Positions 13,440-26,638 of a stretch of DNA of 64,000 nt are shown in pieces. A model generated the notes under the pieces. That model was not told the origin of the DNA. It ran no database searches and worked only from the letters and a program-made list of their open reading frames with translations. The stretch is taken from assembly GCA_951406725.2 (NCBI GenBank), contig OX597825.1, positions 40,610,001 through 40,674,000 of the forward strand, written 5' to 3'. Origin of the DNA: Octopus vulgaris (lineage: Eukaryota). The translations under genes were made by a program, and so were the position numbers. The first letter of the stretch is position 1. Each line of letters starts with the position of its first letter.

Positions 13440-13870
13440 GAGTAGGTGAAATTAATGGCAAGAAAAAAAGTACAACAGCAATTGGTAGATAGATGGGTTC
13501 TGCTTATGATCAAAGCTTTTTGAGCTGGATTTCCTAAGCTAATGTGATGAAAATGAGTGCCGATTCTGCAATAAGGATATTGAAACAGGGGACCACCTAA
13601 GTGTAATATCTGGATGTAAAGTTTTAGCATTAGTGGAATATAAATCAAGATATAATGGAGCTGGCCAATGTCAACACTAGCAATCAAAACTGTCGACAAG
13701 TGACATAACCATCATCCTGAAATTTTTCCTCAGGGAGAAAATGTAGCGATTCTTTAGGACTTTCCAGTACATAGATTGAACTATCTATTATATTGTTCTG
13801 AAAGACCAAAAAATAACGTTTCTTTATGGATCGACATGATTATTCTCTGTGACCATAGTATTTTTGCAAA
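13440..13870 (+). mobile_element. Decayed Dong/R4 fragment (CCHC region)
   Basis: ECRFCNKDIETGDHLSVISGCKVLALVEYKSRYN; downstream ENVAIL*DFPV. Confidence 0.7.
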
Positions 13871-14747
13871 AATGTGAGTTGCACTTGTTACTCAAAGGAA
13901 CAGCTGAATCTCCCTGAGAACTACATCAGACGTACACGTGTCTATGAATTACGCAGCCACTTGCACGTTAATTTTGCAAGGATGTTGTTCTGTTATTCGC
14001 GTCAACTGGATCACTCGTCGTCGTAATCAGTATTGAAAATAATAACATGTACAATTATTTTGGAGTGCCTGAAGAACAAAATTATTTTTATCACACACTA
14101 GTACGAATATTGTACTGTAAATTTCGATGGAGTGACTAATTCACATAAGAATCCTACTGATTATGATTGTCAACTGGATAATGGCATCTTGACTGTAACT
14201 AGGTTATGGAATACCTACTAAGAAATAAATGTCTCACCAAAAATAATGTATGTAGTTTAAGTACCATACCTATTCTACATACTTTCACTTACGAGGTGTC
14301 CAGATTTCCCATTATGAAAACAATATTTTATAATCATTTTCGAACGTCTAGAAAGAGAAATAAAGCGACAAAACTATAGCTCTCCCCGAAGGTCTGGTAT
14401 ATTGAGGAGAAAAATTTCGATTTTCGTCTAATGTGGGGAGCATCGCTTGATACGCTAACACATTTGTTATCTAGAGATATAGTAGCAAACTCTGTTGTTT
14501 GGAATTGTAAGAAATCTTCAGGTACGTAGGTGAAGTTATCAATAATTTGGATCAATTAAGGACCAATATGCCTGCATTCTTTCATAAACCAACTAGGTAA
14601 TTTTTAAGAATTCCCGGAGTGTTAGTTATGCATATAAGACTCTACGATATAGATCTTATTACAAGTAATAAAATTCGTGGGCTATACTTAAATACCAAGC
14701 AATCTCTTAATAGTTTTACTATTAAGAGATTAAGCTATTTTTACCGT

Positions 14748-14965
14748 AAGCCATTGAGCTAGCAGATTCGTTATCACGCCAAAAAAAGTACTTATTGGCA
14801 TTTCGTCCGTCTTTACATTCTGAAGTCAGCTTCCACCGAAGTTGACGTTACACTTCATCCCTTTTGGGGTTGATAAAATAAGTGTCAGTAGAATACTGGG
14901 ATCGATCTAAAAGTCTTCGCTTCACGTCCGAGATGTCTGCCTGTGTGCCAACATTTCGAATCAAT
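14748..14965 (+). mobile_element. Meta-domain SINE, decayed
   Basis: gagctagcagattcgtta...atttcgtccgtctttacattctga...cttcatcccttttggggttgataaaataagt. Confidence 0.7.
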
Positions 14966-15625
14966 ATTATTACTATTATCTTCGTAGCAGATCATATTTA
15001 AGCTAATTTTCGTGACCCTTAGTCCTAACAACATCTGCTTTTCGTATGATCAGTATTTTATATAATTAATTTAACAAGTTTTTAACTTGCGTCTACCTTC
15101 ACATGATATCTTCATAATATTTGTATCCACCCCTTTTATTACGAACTTCAAAATTCATTATTATCCAATAAATTCTCTTAACATTATGCTGCATGTTTAG
15201 CCTTCATAATTCTTCATAATTATAAATATTTTAAACACTTGCTTTGTACTCCTAATAGTTGTGAATTATTGTAGCCGTGTTTAAGCTTTCTACTTAACTT
15301 TTATCATTTTAATTGACTTTATTCTAAATAGCATTTTGACGACACTGGTTTGTTGAAGAGTTAGTTTTATAGTTTTTGTGGGGTTTTTTTATCGGGAATG
15401 TTGTTTGTTTCCTTTTCCTCTTTTCTTTTCTGGCCTCGCAACTCGTAACTTCTTTGCAGCTAAATAGCTGATATCTATAAATTTCCATATTTAACTAACA
15501 TATATTTTTAGATTCATAAATTTTTATATTTAAGTTGATATTATTGCCTATACTACTTTCATTACACTGGCACACACAAATAATTTGTTTATGCGAATAC
15601 CATTTTCCTGTCATTGTATTTATCA

Positions 15626-15664
<39 letters not shown>

Positions 15665-16611
15665 CTCTGTGATTTGTACTATTCTGTTTCTGTTATTTCT
15701 TTTCCTTTCTAGTCATGTTTTTCCTCATACCGCATTGAATTTTTTAAAGTGACAACGCTCATCTGCAATTTTCTTTACGTTGATCCCCCAGGATTATAAT
15801 TAGTTGGACTTCCATCAATTAAAGCTAATACTCTGTTAGTCCTGGAATAAATAACTGGAATATTTTTTTATGAAAACTAATGAAGTGAACAAATAAGTAA
15901 CGCTGGAATTTATTAACTATGCATCTCCTTGATGTTATTAAATTTAAAACAATTTAACTCTGTTAATGGTGTAGTTTAGAGCAGTATCTGCAGCTGTTCT
16001 TTGAACATATCTCAGTCGTGTCAAATGTCGTGCTCGGTATCCTCTATTTGCCAGTATAAAAATATTTTCTGTCACTAACAACATTAATGAACGAGATTGC
16101 TAAGTTTCATGGCATATAAGATTAGAAATGTTTTAAAACTTTTAGTCTCACTTCACTCTCCAGCCTCAAATTTGACATTTTACATTTCTTTAATATTGGT
16201 AAATCTGATGAAAAAATTCACTTGTTGATTATTCGTTTGTGAAATAAAATGTCGACGCTAGCTTGCTTATTTGGTTTGCCTGAAGAGTTGTCCGTTACGT
16301 AACATAATACGTAATTGTACAAATGTCGTACATATTACATACCTGACTTACCATGTTCACATTAAAAGCAATGAAAGTTACAATTGTAGTCATACTAGAT
16401 AGACTATTTGTCAGGTTTTATATTTTTGTCTACACTGGGAACTTTTCGAGTTGTGATGAACTCTTTCTTCATCCCTGCTTCCTGTAATAAAATTATGCCG
16501 TACTAAGCTGTCTAATTTCCTTTCATTCTTCTATGTTGACATATTTTAACATATTCCACTCTACTATGCTTCGGTGCTTTAATCATTCTCTGTAATAATG
16601 GTAATAAATAC

Positions 16612-16682
<71 letters not shown>

Positions 16683-16699
16683 CAACAATATCAATAATG

Positions 16700-16840
16700 G
16701 TTGCAAAATATGCCACAAGAGCAAGAAATTTAGTTAGGCTTATTACATCGACCCAGTATTCAACTGGTACTTATTTTATCGACAAGGCATATTCGACTTT
16801 GACGGAATTTGAACCCGGAACGTAACGACGGACGAAATGC
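16700..16840 (-). mobile_element. Meta-domain SINE fragment
   Basis: actggtacttattttatcgac...ggaatttgaacccggaacgtaacgacggacgaaatgc. Confidence 0.7.
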
Positions 16841-16854
16841 ATAATAACAATAAC

Positions 16855-16920
<66 letters not shown>

Positions 16921-16921
<1 letters not shown>

Positions 16922-17325
16922 GGGAACCTTATGATCAAGAAGGGAACCTATGATCAAGAAGGGAACGATGATCAAGAAGGGAACCTTATGATCAAGAAGG
17001 GAACAATGATCAAGAAGGGAACCGAAAATTATAATGATCAAGAAGGGAACCGAAAATTATATGAGAATGATCCCTGGCTTACCATCCCTGCAAGAAGTGC
17101 AAAGGATTGTCTTAACTGGTACATCACACGTATTGAGAAGAGCATTGTCGATGTGAGAACTGTTGCTGCTCATGTATTTTAATTTAACGATCTAATTTAA
17201 CGATCTAATTAATGAACGATCTACTGAGTTTGGTTTAATGGCCTACCATTGTATACTATGAGTTTCTCTGCCCTAGGAGTCGGGAAGACACTCGGCAAGA
17301 AATGGAAGCAAATTTGAAAGAAGAA
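16921..17325 (+). mobile_element. Very short Dong/R4 3' stub with a 6x reiterated 5' junction
   Basis: MIKKGTENYMRMIPG..LQEVQRIVLTGTSHVLRRALSM* then 3'UTR and A/(AAT)n tail; atgatcaagaagggaac repeated six times. Confidence 0.8.
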
Positions 17326-17338
17326 AAAAAAAAAAATA

Positions 17339-17397
<59 letters not shown>

Positions 17398-17423
17398 TGA
17401 TGATGATGATGATGATGATGACA

Positions 17424-17638
17424 ATCCTTTCTACTGGAAACACAAGGCCGCATATTTGAGGAAGGGATTAAGTCGATTACATCAACCCCAGTGCGCAAAT
17501 GGTACTTATTTAATCGACCCTGAATGGATGAAAAGCAAAGTCGACCTCGGCGGAATTCAATCTCAGAACGTAGCGACGGACGAACTACTGCCAATCATTT
17601 CGTCCAGCGCACTGACGATTCTGCCAGATTTTGCCCTT
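17424..17638 (-). mobile_element. Meta-domain SINE
   Basis: ggtacttatttaatcgaccctgaatggatgaaaagcaaagtcgacctcggcggaatt. Confidence 0.85.
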
Positions 17639-17804
17639 AATAATAATGATGATGATGATGATGATAACAACAACAGCAACATTGTAAAACAGTTCTTGAA
17701 GAAAATATACTCATTAACACTGCTAAATCCTAAAAATTTAGTCATTAAAGTGTTTCACTAAAAATATAAAAATAGTATTCTATCGTAATATTTTCCAAGT
17801 TAAA

Positions 17805-18015
17805 GACGGTGAGCCGACAGAATCGTTAACACGCCGAACACAACGCTCAGCTGCATTTCGTCTATCCTGACATTCTGAGTTTAAACTCCGGCAAGGTCAA
17901 CTTTGCCTTCCATCCTTCGGGGTCGATAAAGCAATTACTAGTTGCGCACAGGGCTCGATGTAATCGACTCAACCCGTCTCCCGAACTTGGCCGTCTACCA
18001 AAATTTGAGATCAAT
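17805..18015 (+). mobile_element. Meta-domain SINE
   Basis: gacggtgagccgacagaatcgtta...ctttgccttccatccttcggggtcgataaa. Confidence 0.8.
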
Positions 18016-20962
18016 ACTTTTTGAGTTTGAATTACCTTTTAAAATTATGTTTGAGAATGGCAGCAACTGATAGTTATATTGTATGAGAAACTCGGGGAAT
18101 ATATCAAAGATTTACCCTAAGTTCGAAGTTCAGTTTTCTTTATAGAAGGCCTTCTTAGTCTTGCGAAAGAATTTAGGGATAGAAATATTTCAGCGTTAGT
18201 ATTAGCCAATAAGAATTGCTAAATTAAATGACATATTTTCACTCGCCACACACCTTCTTATTCTCCGTATGTCACCCTATATCACATCTTCCTTTCCCAA
18301 TTACAGTTATCTGATTGTTTGACTTCAGTAAAGATAAAATATAAGGAAATTTTGCAGAAATAACATAAAAGAATTGTGAATTGGTTTAATATCTCGTAGA
18401 AAATACATAAACTTCAATTATAGTAAAATTTCGTTAAAAAGTTTCAAAATATATATAATATTCTGACAAAACGGATATTAAAATCAAATATTTTACTTGC
18501 AAAAACTATCGTCATCAATTTCCATTTCAATTAAAGTAATGCTGCTGCTTTGCTGTTTGTGTATGCCTATGTTTTTCTTTCTTTCCTTACAACAATGTAC
18601 GTGTGTTTAACTACTGCTCAACAAACATCACTAAGAAATATATATTGAATAATATTTTGCATTTGCTTTGAAAGAAACATTTTCCTTTAATATCTCCTTA
18701 TTTACGCCACCATCACAAGCACACACACTTCAAATATTGCCATCAAATTTCTGAAGCTTTCTGTCACTAGAAGGGAAACAAAATAGATTGATGTTTTAGT
18801 ATTTTATCATTTCCTTATATATATATATTAAGAATATATTGTGTTAATGCTAAGGAGACGTCTGTAACGTATTTAAAGTTGAATTATTCTAGTTAGTATT
18901 TTACCTCTCCTCCAATACTGAAAAACATGAAAGCGCAGCGCAAGCAAAAGATAAATATAAAAAATATAGAAAATAAGTCTTCGTTTTTTTATTTAGTGTA
19001 ATTGACTATAATTTTGCATATTTCAGAATATGTTGAGACATTATACATCATATGTATAGTGCATGGTAATCACTAATGTAATTTTTTCCGTTACAACATT
19101 GGGTAAAATGTTTCACAATTTTCATGTTTAAATGCTATTTTCTAGTTTGGGATGCAACACAGAAACTGTTTCTTATGAAGACGCTTTTAGTACTCTTCAG
19201 GCGGTTTGGCGAGTTTATTGACCTGGCGATTATGTGGTCGAGTCCCACTTTCATAATCACATAGTTATCCGTATGTATAACACTTAGAGAACCTATACGC
19301 ATAATGTGCTCTTATTTCTTACATCTAAGTCTATTCTCCAAATCCATAGGCAAATATTCATTTTTTAAATCTAAAGACTCAGAAACTTCACTCACCGTAT
19401 GTCTCTGTTAGGCCATGACCTACAATGATATCCCTGTTGCTTTCTTGTCTTATCCTTGAGAATAATTTACTTGTGTCCTACGGGAGATTTGCCGTGTGAA
19501 ATGTGTCAATTACGGTCTCTCGCTTCTGACTATTTCGACAAACACGTTTCATTGCGCTAAACATCATAAATCACCCAATGCTGTATGTTAGCAGATCTCG
19601 CTCTCTCTTTCTCTCTCTCTCTCTCTCTCACTCACTCTCGCTCCTTTGGAGGGTGGTGCATTCCAATGTATATTGGTATGTCCCAGACATTTCCCTTGGA
19701 TATAAAAGATTTGCATGAAACGAATCCGAAATCTTGGAGATGCGTTTTTGACATTTCAAGAAATAAAGGTCTGTGCATAATTTGGAGATTGTTTACAAAC
19801 AACTGTGGAGTGCAGATATACACATTTCCTTTTTCTATGTTTTTGTGGGTAATAACTCTGTTTACAATAGGGTTGTTCTGTTGAGAAAATTGCAGTTCCC
19901 ATAATCGGCATACGATGAATATCTTTGATACGAGAAATATAATTGTTTCTTACTTAATATTACTAGTATATTCTCTGATTAATTTTGTGAAGGATATATC
20001 TAATACAAGCAATTTTAGTAATAACGTACGATTAAGTAAATATGAGAAACATTTTTACTTAATATTACATTTTTATTGAAGTTAGCATTTTATCTTTTAG
20101 TCTTATTTTTCCTTTAACTCTTAAAATAGTTTATAAAATGAGTAGAGTAGAAACTAAAATTTCAGGGAATAAACCATTCGTGGATGAATAATTATCCATA
20201 TAACATGTTGAAAGTAGAGTAATTAGTACAGTGAAAACCAGTATCTTGAAATAATATAATAGCAATTTGTACAATAGTACAGAAATTCTATTAAAACCTA
20301 CGACAAGCGCAGCTTGTATTATTTTAATTCAGTACCAACTACAGCCTTAATAATATTGAATTTAGTCATGTCAGTACCTCTGAATATAAAGTGGTTCGAT
20401 TTATCAACAGGGGCGTAAATAAATAGATTAAGAAGCAGCCAACTCTTCAGAATCATACATCAAAATAGACATTAGCAAAGCAGTAATCTGCACAATGCTG
20501 TTTAGCGAATGTCAGTGCTTGCCACTGCAATGTATGAATTCCATAGTTAATGTTTAGATGTTCACGAAGCAAGCAATTTCTCAATGCGAAGTGAAACGTA
20601 TACTATGAGTAAAATTCTGCATTTAAAAGCATCCACAATTTCGTTGTACCCAGTGATGTTAGTAACCTCGAAAAGAACGTACCTTAAGTTCCTTAATGTT
20701 TTGTAAGTAATTATCATTATTGTTGTTGTTATTTGATGAAAATCTCTCTGCTTATTTTGCAAAGTATGAAGGAGAGTGTCAGCTGTCCACAACCAGAAAG
20801 CTAAGATGACATTTGTTTACTGGTCATGCTTCGAGAACTCTGCGTAGAAGCGTTACTGCTGCACGCAATGCTGATTCTTTGTAGGTGTTCTGCCTTTACA
20901 TTTGTACAAACATTCTTGAGCTACTTTGGTAGTTAAGTGGTAATACTTCCAAGTGCGCCGTT

Positions 20963-21012
<50 letters not shown>

Positions 21013-21013
<1 letters not shown>

Positions 21014-21230
21014 AAATATAATATGTGACAATTATTTGGTAGCATGATAAACCTCCGAATTTCGGATGTCGAGGTGGAAATCTACGCCGGCTATGAAAAA
21101 AGATCTATTTTTCATAGCGTTTTTTACGATGACCCGATAACTGAAGAGATGCTAGCGTGGGTTTCCGCCCCGACATCCGAAACCCGGAGGTTTACCATGG
21201 CTACCGAATAATTGTCACATATTATATTTA
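21013..21230. mobile_element. Foldback element (~75-bp inverted arms) with a hammerhead-like core in the right arm
   Basis: atatgtgacaattatttggtagcatgataaacctccgaatttcggatgtcg... pairs with ...cgacatccgaaacccggaggtttaccatggctaccgaataattgtcacatat; ctgaaga at 21141, gaaac at 21179. Confidence 0.75.
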
Positions 21231-21309
21231 CAAATGAATTCTTCTATTTACATAATATCGAGATCTCTCATTCTTTTGTTGCCTTGCCATTTCTATCAAT
21301 CTATCAATA

Positions 21310-21345
<36 letters not shown>

Positions 21346-22499
21346 TGTATGTATGTATGTATGTATGTATGTTTATGCATGTACATCTGTGTACGTGTTA
21401 CTGTGTGTCTATATAAATATATATATATCAGTTTCGTTGCCTTAATCAGATGCAAACCGTAATGCAGCATGCCATAACACACACAACAAACGTCACATGC
21501 TAATCTAACTTCCAGAGACATATAGCAACAGGACCGTTTACATGTATTACTTAACAAGTAGAATTATCCACTAAAGCAGATACTCTCAGTTATTTACTGT
21601 TTCTCTGGATATTTACAATAATTGTACAATTATTGACAATATTCAACACAATATTAGTTGCAATATATTAATACAAATTTTTTAAACATTCCCTCTTTAA
21701 TTTGCATTAAAACCCCTTATTGTTTTAAAACTGTCAACAAAGCCTATTTTTTTCAATTTTCGTGTCGCGCACAATAAAATTAAATTCATTCTGACATACT
21801 GTGAATTTTGAACTTGTAAGCTACATAGCGTAATCTATCATGTAAAATACCTTTTAGTTCTATGTTGGCTGAAATCATTGAATGTAAGGTATCGATACAG
21901 TGAAGTTGTTTAAAATTATATATTAATCAACAATCGTCACTGAACATCTCACTCTTTAAAAGCGTTTTGTTTTTAGATATTTGAATTAACTTACGGTAAA
22001 TTTGGAGGTGAAACACACACATATACAACATTTAAAAATCCACTCGTTGTTTGGGTTCAGTCCCTCTGCATAGCACCTTGGACCAGGTTATAACATGATA
22101 GCTTATTCTCCTATTTCACATTTCATATAATATATTCTGGATGAAATTTTCACAGATATGCATAGTGAATAACATTCCAACAATGGCGTTGCGTATTCAG
22201 ATGTTATTTATCTATTTTCATAGAGTGTTCAAGTCTTGCAGCATTAGCAACAGATGTATTTGCAATTATCATTGTCCATATTTTTAAATGAAATTCTATT
22301 GAAATCTCAAAACAAAACGTAAAGTTATATTATAGATATTAGAATCGGAAAACTTAGCGAATTCCAATTTTGTCGCTATAGTTTTCTGGATAATGAATAG
22401 AAAAAACAAATAACAACAGAATAAACACATACAGCCAGAGACTCATAACGATTATCACTTCTTGTACTAATCACTGCACCGTAGACATATCGCAGCGCG

Positions 22500-22640
22500 C
22501 CTTTAATAATTTAGTCAAACCCGAGTACTTATAATGTAGGACTTATACTTATACTATCGGTTTGGTTGCCGAACCTCTACTTCACAGGGACTTCACGTAA
22601 TGGTGGTGGAGGACTCAAACACACGTAAATAATAGAGATA
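22500..22640 (-). mobile_element. OR2-like SINE 3' fragment
   Basis: actatcggtttggttgccgaacc...gggac similar to 4400-4500. Confidence 0.5.
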
Positions 22641-22667
22641 CACACAAACATATATATATATATATAC

Positions 22668-23075
22668 AATAATTATTATTCGAGGGAATAAAATCCAAAC
22701 TTACAAGGAAAAACAATTCAATTTAGAAATACTAAATCAAATTACACACAATATAATATGTATATAAAATATTAGAAAAAAACACCATTTATCTATTCAA
22801 AATGAATAATTAACTTACACCATCTAGAAAATTACATATAATAGAAAAGTTAAAATTAAAATAACAATTAAAAAGTAAAGATTAAGTAAATTGCAAAAAT
22901 AATAATAATAATGTATCTACCTATTATATACATTTTTATTATTATTTTTGCAATTTACTTAATCTTTACATTTTATTGTTATCTTAATTTTAACTTTTCT
23001 ATTATATGTAATATTCTAGATGGTGTAATTTAATTATTCATTTTGAATTGATAAAAGGTGTTTTTTTATCTTATA
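22668..23075. mobile_element. AT-rich foldback element: ~90-bp head + ~300-bp near-perfect palindrome
   Basis: Arms 22771-22916 and 22928-23072; head ccaaacttacaaggaaaaacaattcaattt shared with 33733 and 44330-44398. Confidence 0.8.
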
Positions 23076-23076
23076 T

Positions 23077-23112
<36 letters not shown>

Positions 23113-23341
23113 AGAGAGAGAGAGTAATCCCTCGCCATTTCGCAATTCACCTGTCGCGGTTCACATATCACGCTTAATTATTTCAGTGTACGTTGATTCC
23201 TCCATGGTTTTGTTTTCCATTTATAATAAAATAGATGTATAAAATTTATAAAAATAATAAAAGAATATACAGTACTGTTTCAACTACACGCATTTTCATG
23301 TATCGCAGGTGGTTTTGGACATGCGATAGTTGAGGGATTCC

Positions 23342-23447
<106 letters not shown>

Positions 23448-23449
23448 GT

Positions 23450-23600
23450 GATGGTATTCTTTCAGCTTCTTTCTATCAAATTCACTTACAGGGATTTAGA
23501 CAGCCTGAAGGTATAGTAGAAGACACTTGCCAAAGATGCCACATAGGGACTGAATACATGTGGTTGAGTAACGAACTTCTCACCTCACAGCTTAGCTTAC
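23450..23600 (-). mobile_element. OR2-like SINE 5' half
   Basis: tatagtagaagacacttgccaaagatgccacatagggactgaa matches 4610-4660. Confidence 0.65.
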
Positions 23601-23624
23601 GCCAATACATGCATACATACATAC

Positions 23625-23762
<138 letters not shown>

Positions 23763-24279
23763 GACTGGAAGGCTTATTAAGGATAACGATCGTTTCGACT
23801 TACTTCTGTACTAGTCCCTATCTTCTGTATCAATCATTTAAAAATATACAAAATGTGCACCGAAGAATTCCTTACGTAGATCTTGTGACATAAGTGCAGT
23901 AAAGGCGGATGACGACTACTAGCCGTAAATGGTGAATGTGATCTGTAAGCACACTATTAGGGACATACCCAAAACAAAATTTGGCTACTACTTCTAAATT
24001 CTGCTACCTAAACTGTATTTGCAAATGTAACTTTATATGTATGGTGGGTGCATGTGTGTGTGTTGTGTGTGCGTTTATATTGAGGCTTAATAAAAACAAT
24101 TTATATTGATGGCTTCTTCTATATTTTAGTAAGTTATAAATTTATTATTGAAAAAGAATATTATCATTATATTGTTAACTCCGAAATTGTGCCCAGTTAA
24201 GCCATCGTCGGCAGTCCGACGATGGCTAAGGTGTCCGAAACTTCGATGTCACGGTCAACAACATTTTTGCTAGCGAAAA

Positions 24280-24344
<65 letters not shown>

Positions 24345-24561
24345 TTTCTTTTGGTATTTGTGTAAGCAACTGCCTTCGAAGACTCATACTGTGGTTCAGT
24401 GCTCGAAATGAAGAGTAGATAGACTGCCAACAACTGATGAAGGATCTTTCTTTATGTTACTTGTCCTGTTTTCAATTTGTTTCTCTCTTTATTTGCGTAT
24501 TCAACCCATTTGTCTTAGTATTTCATGCTGTTTACTGTTTGTGATGTTCTGTACCCATATA

Positions 24562-24566
<5 letters not shown>
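24345..24566 (+). repeat. Interspersed ~220-bp repeat ending at (TA)n, copy A
   Basis: Homologous to 26262-26478; both end ctgtacccatatatgc(at)n. Confidence 0.8.
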
Positions 24567-24626
<60 letters not shown>

Positions 24627-24788
24627 CGCCGACAATATCACTGCTAATCATCACTCGAATTTTAGGCAGAGAACTTTAAATAGAGTCAACCAATGTCACT
24701 GAAACGAACCACAACACACAAATCAAGATACAAAGTGTTGCTCTCGGCTGTGTAATGAAATCACGCAATAAGAATAAGTTTACTAAAC

Positions 24789-24880
<92 letters not shown>

Positions 24881-25883
24881 CAATAATAATTATCTCTTTT
24901 CAAATGTTAACTTTTCTGAATCGTTGTCGAAACATATGTTGTCACTAGTAGATTGGATACAAAAATACATCGAATGAAAATGAGGAAATCTGAAAAGAAA
25001 ACTTGGCAGAGCAGTATCCTATTTCGGCTTCGTAAAATTTCTCGAGGTAAAAATGCTTTTAAAACATTCTACAAATCAGCTACTTCTACAACCTACTTGA
25101 AAAATTTGCCATAGGAGTATTTTTGAACGAGTAATGGAATTTGCTTATTTACCCCTTTCAGGAAAGTGCAGAATTTTCACTCAATTCATTAAAAAATACA
25201 ACATTTACAAGTAATGTTAAAGAAGTCAATAGTCATTGTGAAATAGATATTATATCATTTCAAGCTGCACGTGTGTGTGTGTATGTGTGTGTGTACGTGT
25301 GTGTACGTGAGTGAGTGTCTTGTTAACCAATATATATATTTAAAAATTTCCTGAGGCATCTACTTGACACACAAGCTGCAGAATTCAAGTGGTATACGTT
25401 ATATACGTAAAATCATTATATTTAGTATGAAACATACAAATAAGAACGCTGAAGCATCACATGTTCCTGCTATGCTGTTACTGAAAATTTACATTGCCAT
25501 TACCAAGAAATAATAAAGTTTCCATAGTTGCTGGTAACTCAGTCAGTTTTAAAGAGAGTCTATCAAGTCTTCTGCAGATAAAACATAATAAGTGGCAATA
25601 ATATTCGTCATTTTTAGAACCGAATTTGCAGAGAGAAGTATGAGTTTTAAACCGGACGCTCTATATAGTGATGCCTCAGAGAAAGTTTTCAAACTCAATC
25701 ATAACTAGGCCATATGATGAGTCTTATATATATATATTTATATTTATATTATTTACAATATTATTTGAATGAATGCCATGCACCCATTTCCAAGTAAGAT
25801 TATCTTAATATTTTTGAGGCAACTCTACGCTACATTATTCTCGCCCCCAATCTTTTTCTCTCTCATCTATTCTCTAATTTTTT

Positions 25884-25970
25884 TTTCTCCCCTTCACAGT
25901 TTTCTATCTGTCTCTGTCTCCTCTTTCTCCCCTTCACAGTTTTCTATCTGTCTCTGTCTCCTCTTTCTCC
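25884..25970 (+). repeat. Tandem duplication of ~39 bp
   Basis: tttctccccttcacagttttctatctgtctctgtctcctc twice. Confidence 0.9.
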
Positions 25971-26261
25971 TTTACACTTTCGCTCGGTGCTCACAAGTAA
26001 CCATCGTCCATCTTTCTTTTCCTCATGTGATGAACTTTATTTTCTTTCAGAGCTGTCCTAGAGACTGGATGTATCATCTCTCTCTCTCTCTCTCTCTGTC
26101 TTTTATCTTTTCCTTTTTCAAAGAAAATATTTCTCCAGCGTTCGCTATTTTACACACATCTGGTCTAACGACACTCCGTGTTTATCTTTGTTCGGTTTCC
26201 TTGTATGTCCCCACTGACCTGTTTTTGTTCCCAACTTTGACCCTCCATAAATCCTGAATTG

Positions 26262-26474
26262 TATTTTGGTATCTGTGGGAGCAATTGCCTTCGAAGACTC
26301 ATATTGTCATTCAATGTTCTAAATGAGGAGTAGATAGGCAGCCGACAACTGAAGAAAAGTCTTCCTTACGTTACTTGTCCTATTTTCAATTTATTTCTCT
26401 CGTTGTTTGCGTATTCAACTCATTTTTTTCGTATTTCATGCCGTTTACTGTTTGTGAAGTCCTGTACCCATATA

Positions 26475-26478
<4 letters not shown>
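26262..26478 (+). repeat. Interspersed ~220-bp repeat ending at (TA)n, copy B
   Basis: Homologous to 24345-24566. Confidence 0.8.
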
Positions 26479-26539
<61 letters not shown>

Positions 26540-26563
26540 TTATATATATATATGCATATATGG

Positions 26564-26598
<35 letters not shown>

Positions 26599-26638
26599 CA
26601 TTATTATACATATGTATATATATACTATCTATACCTGT

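Noticed and set aside
16921-17060. CRISPR-like short repeats
   Set aside because: Linkers are only 1-11 nt, the repeat is LINE coding sequence, the context is eukaryotic and there are no cas genes.
19160-19205. CUGAAGA...GAAAC on the minus strand
   Set aside because: Stem II cannot form.
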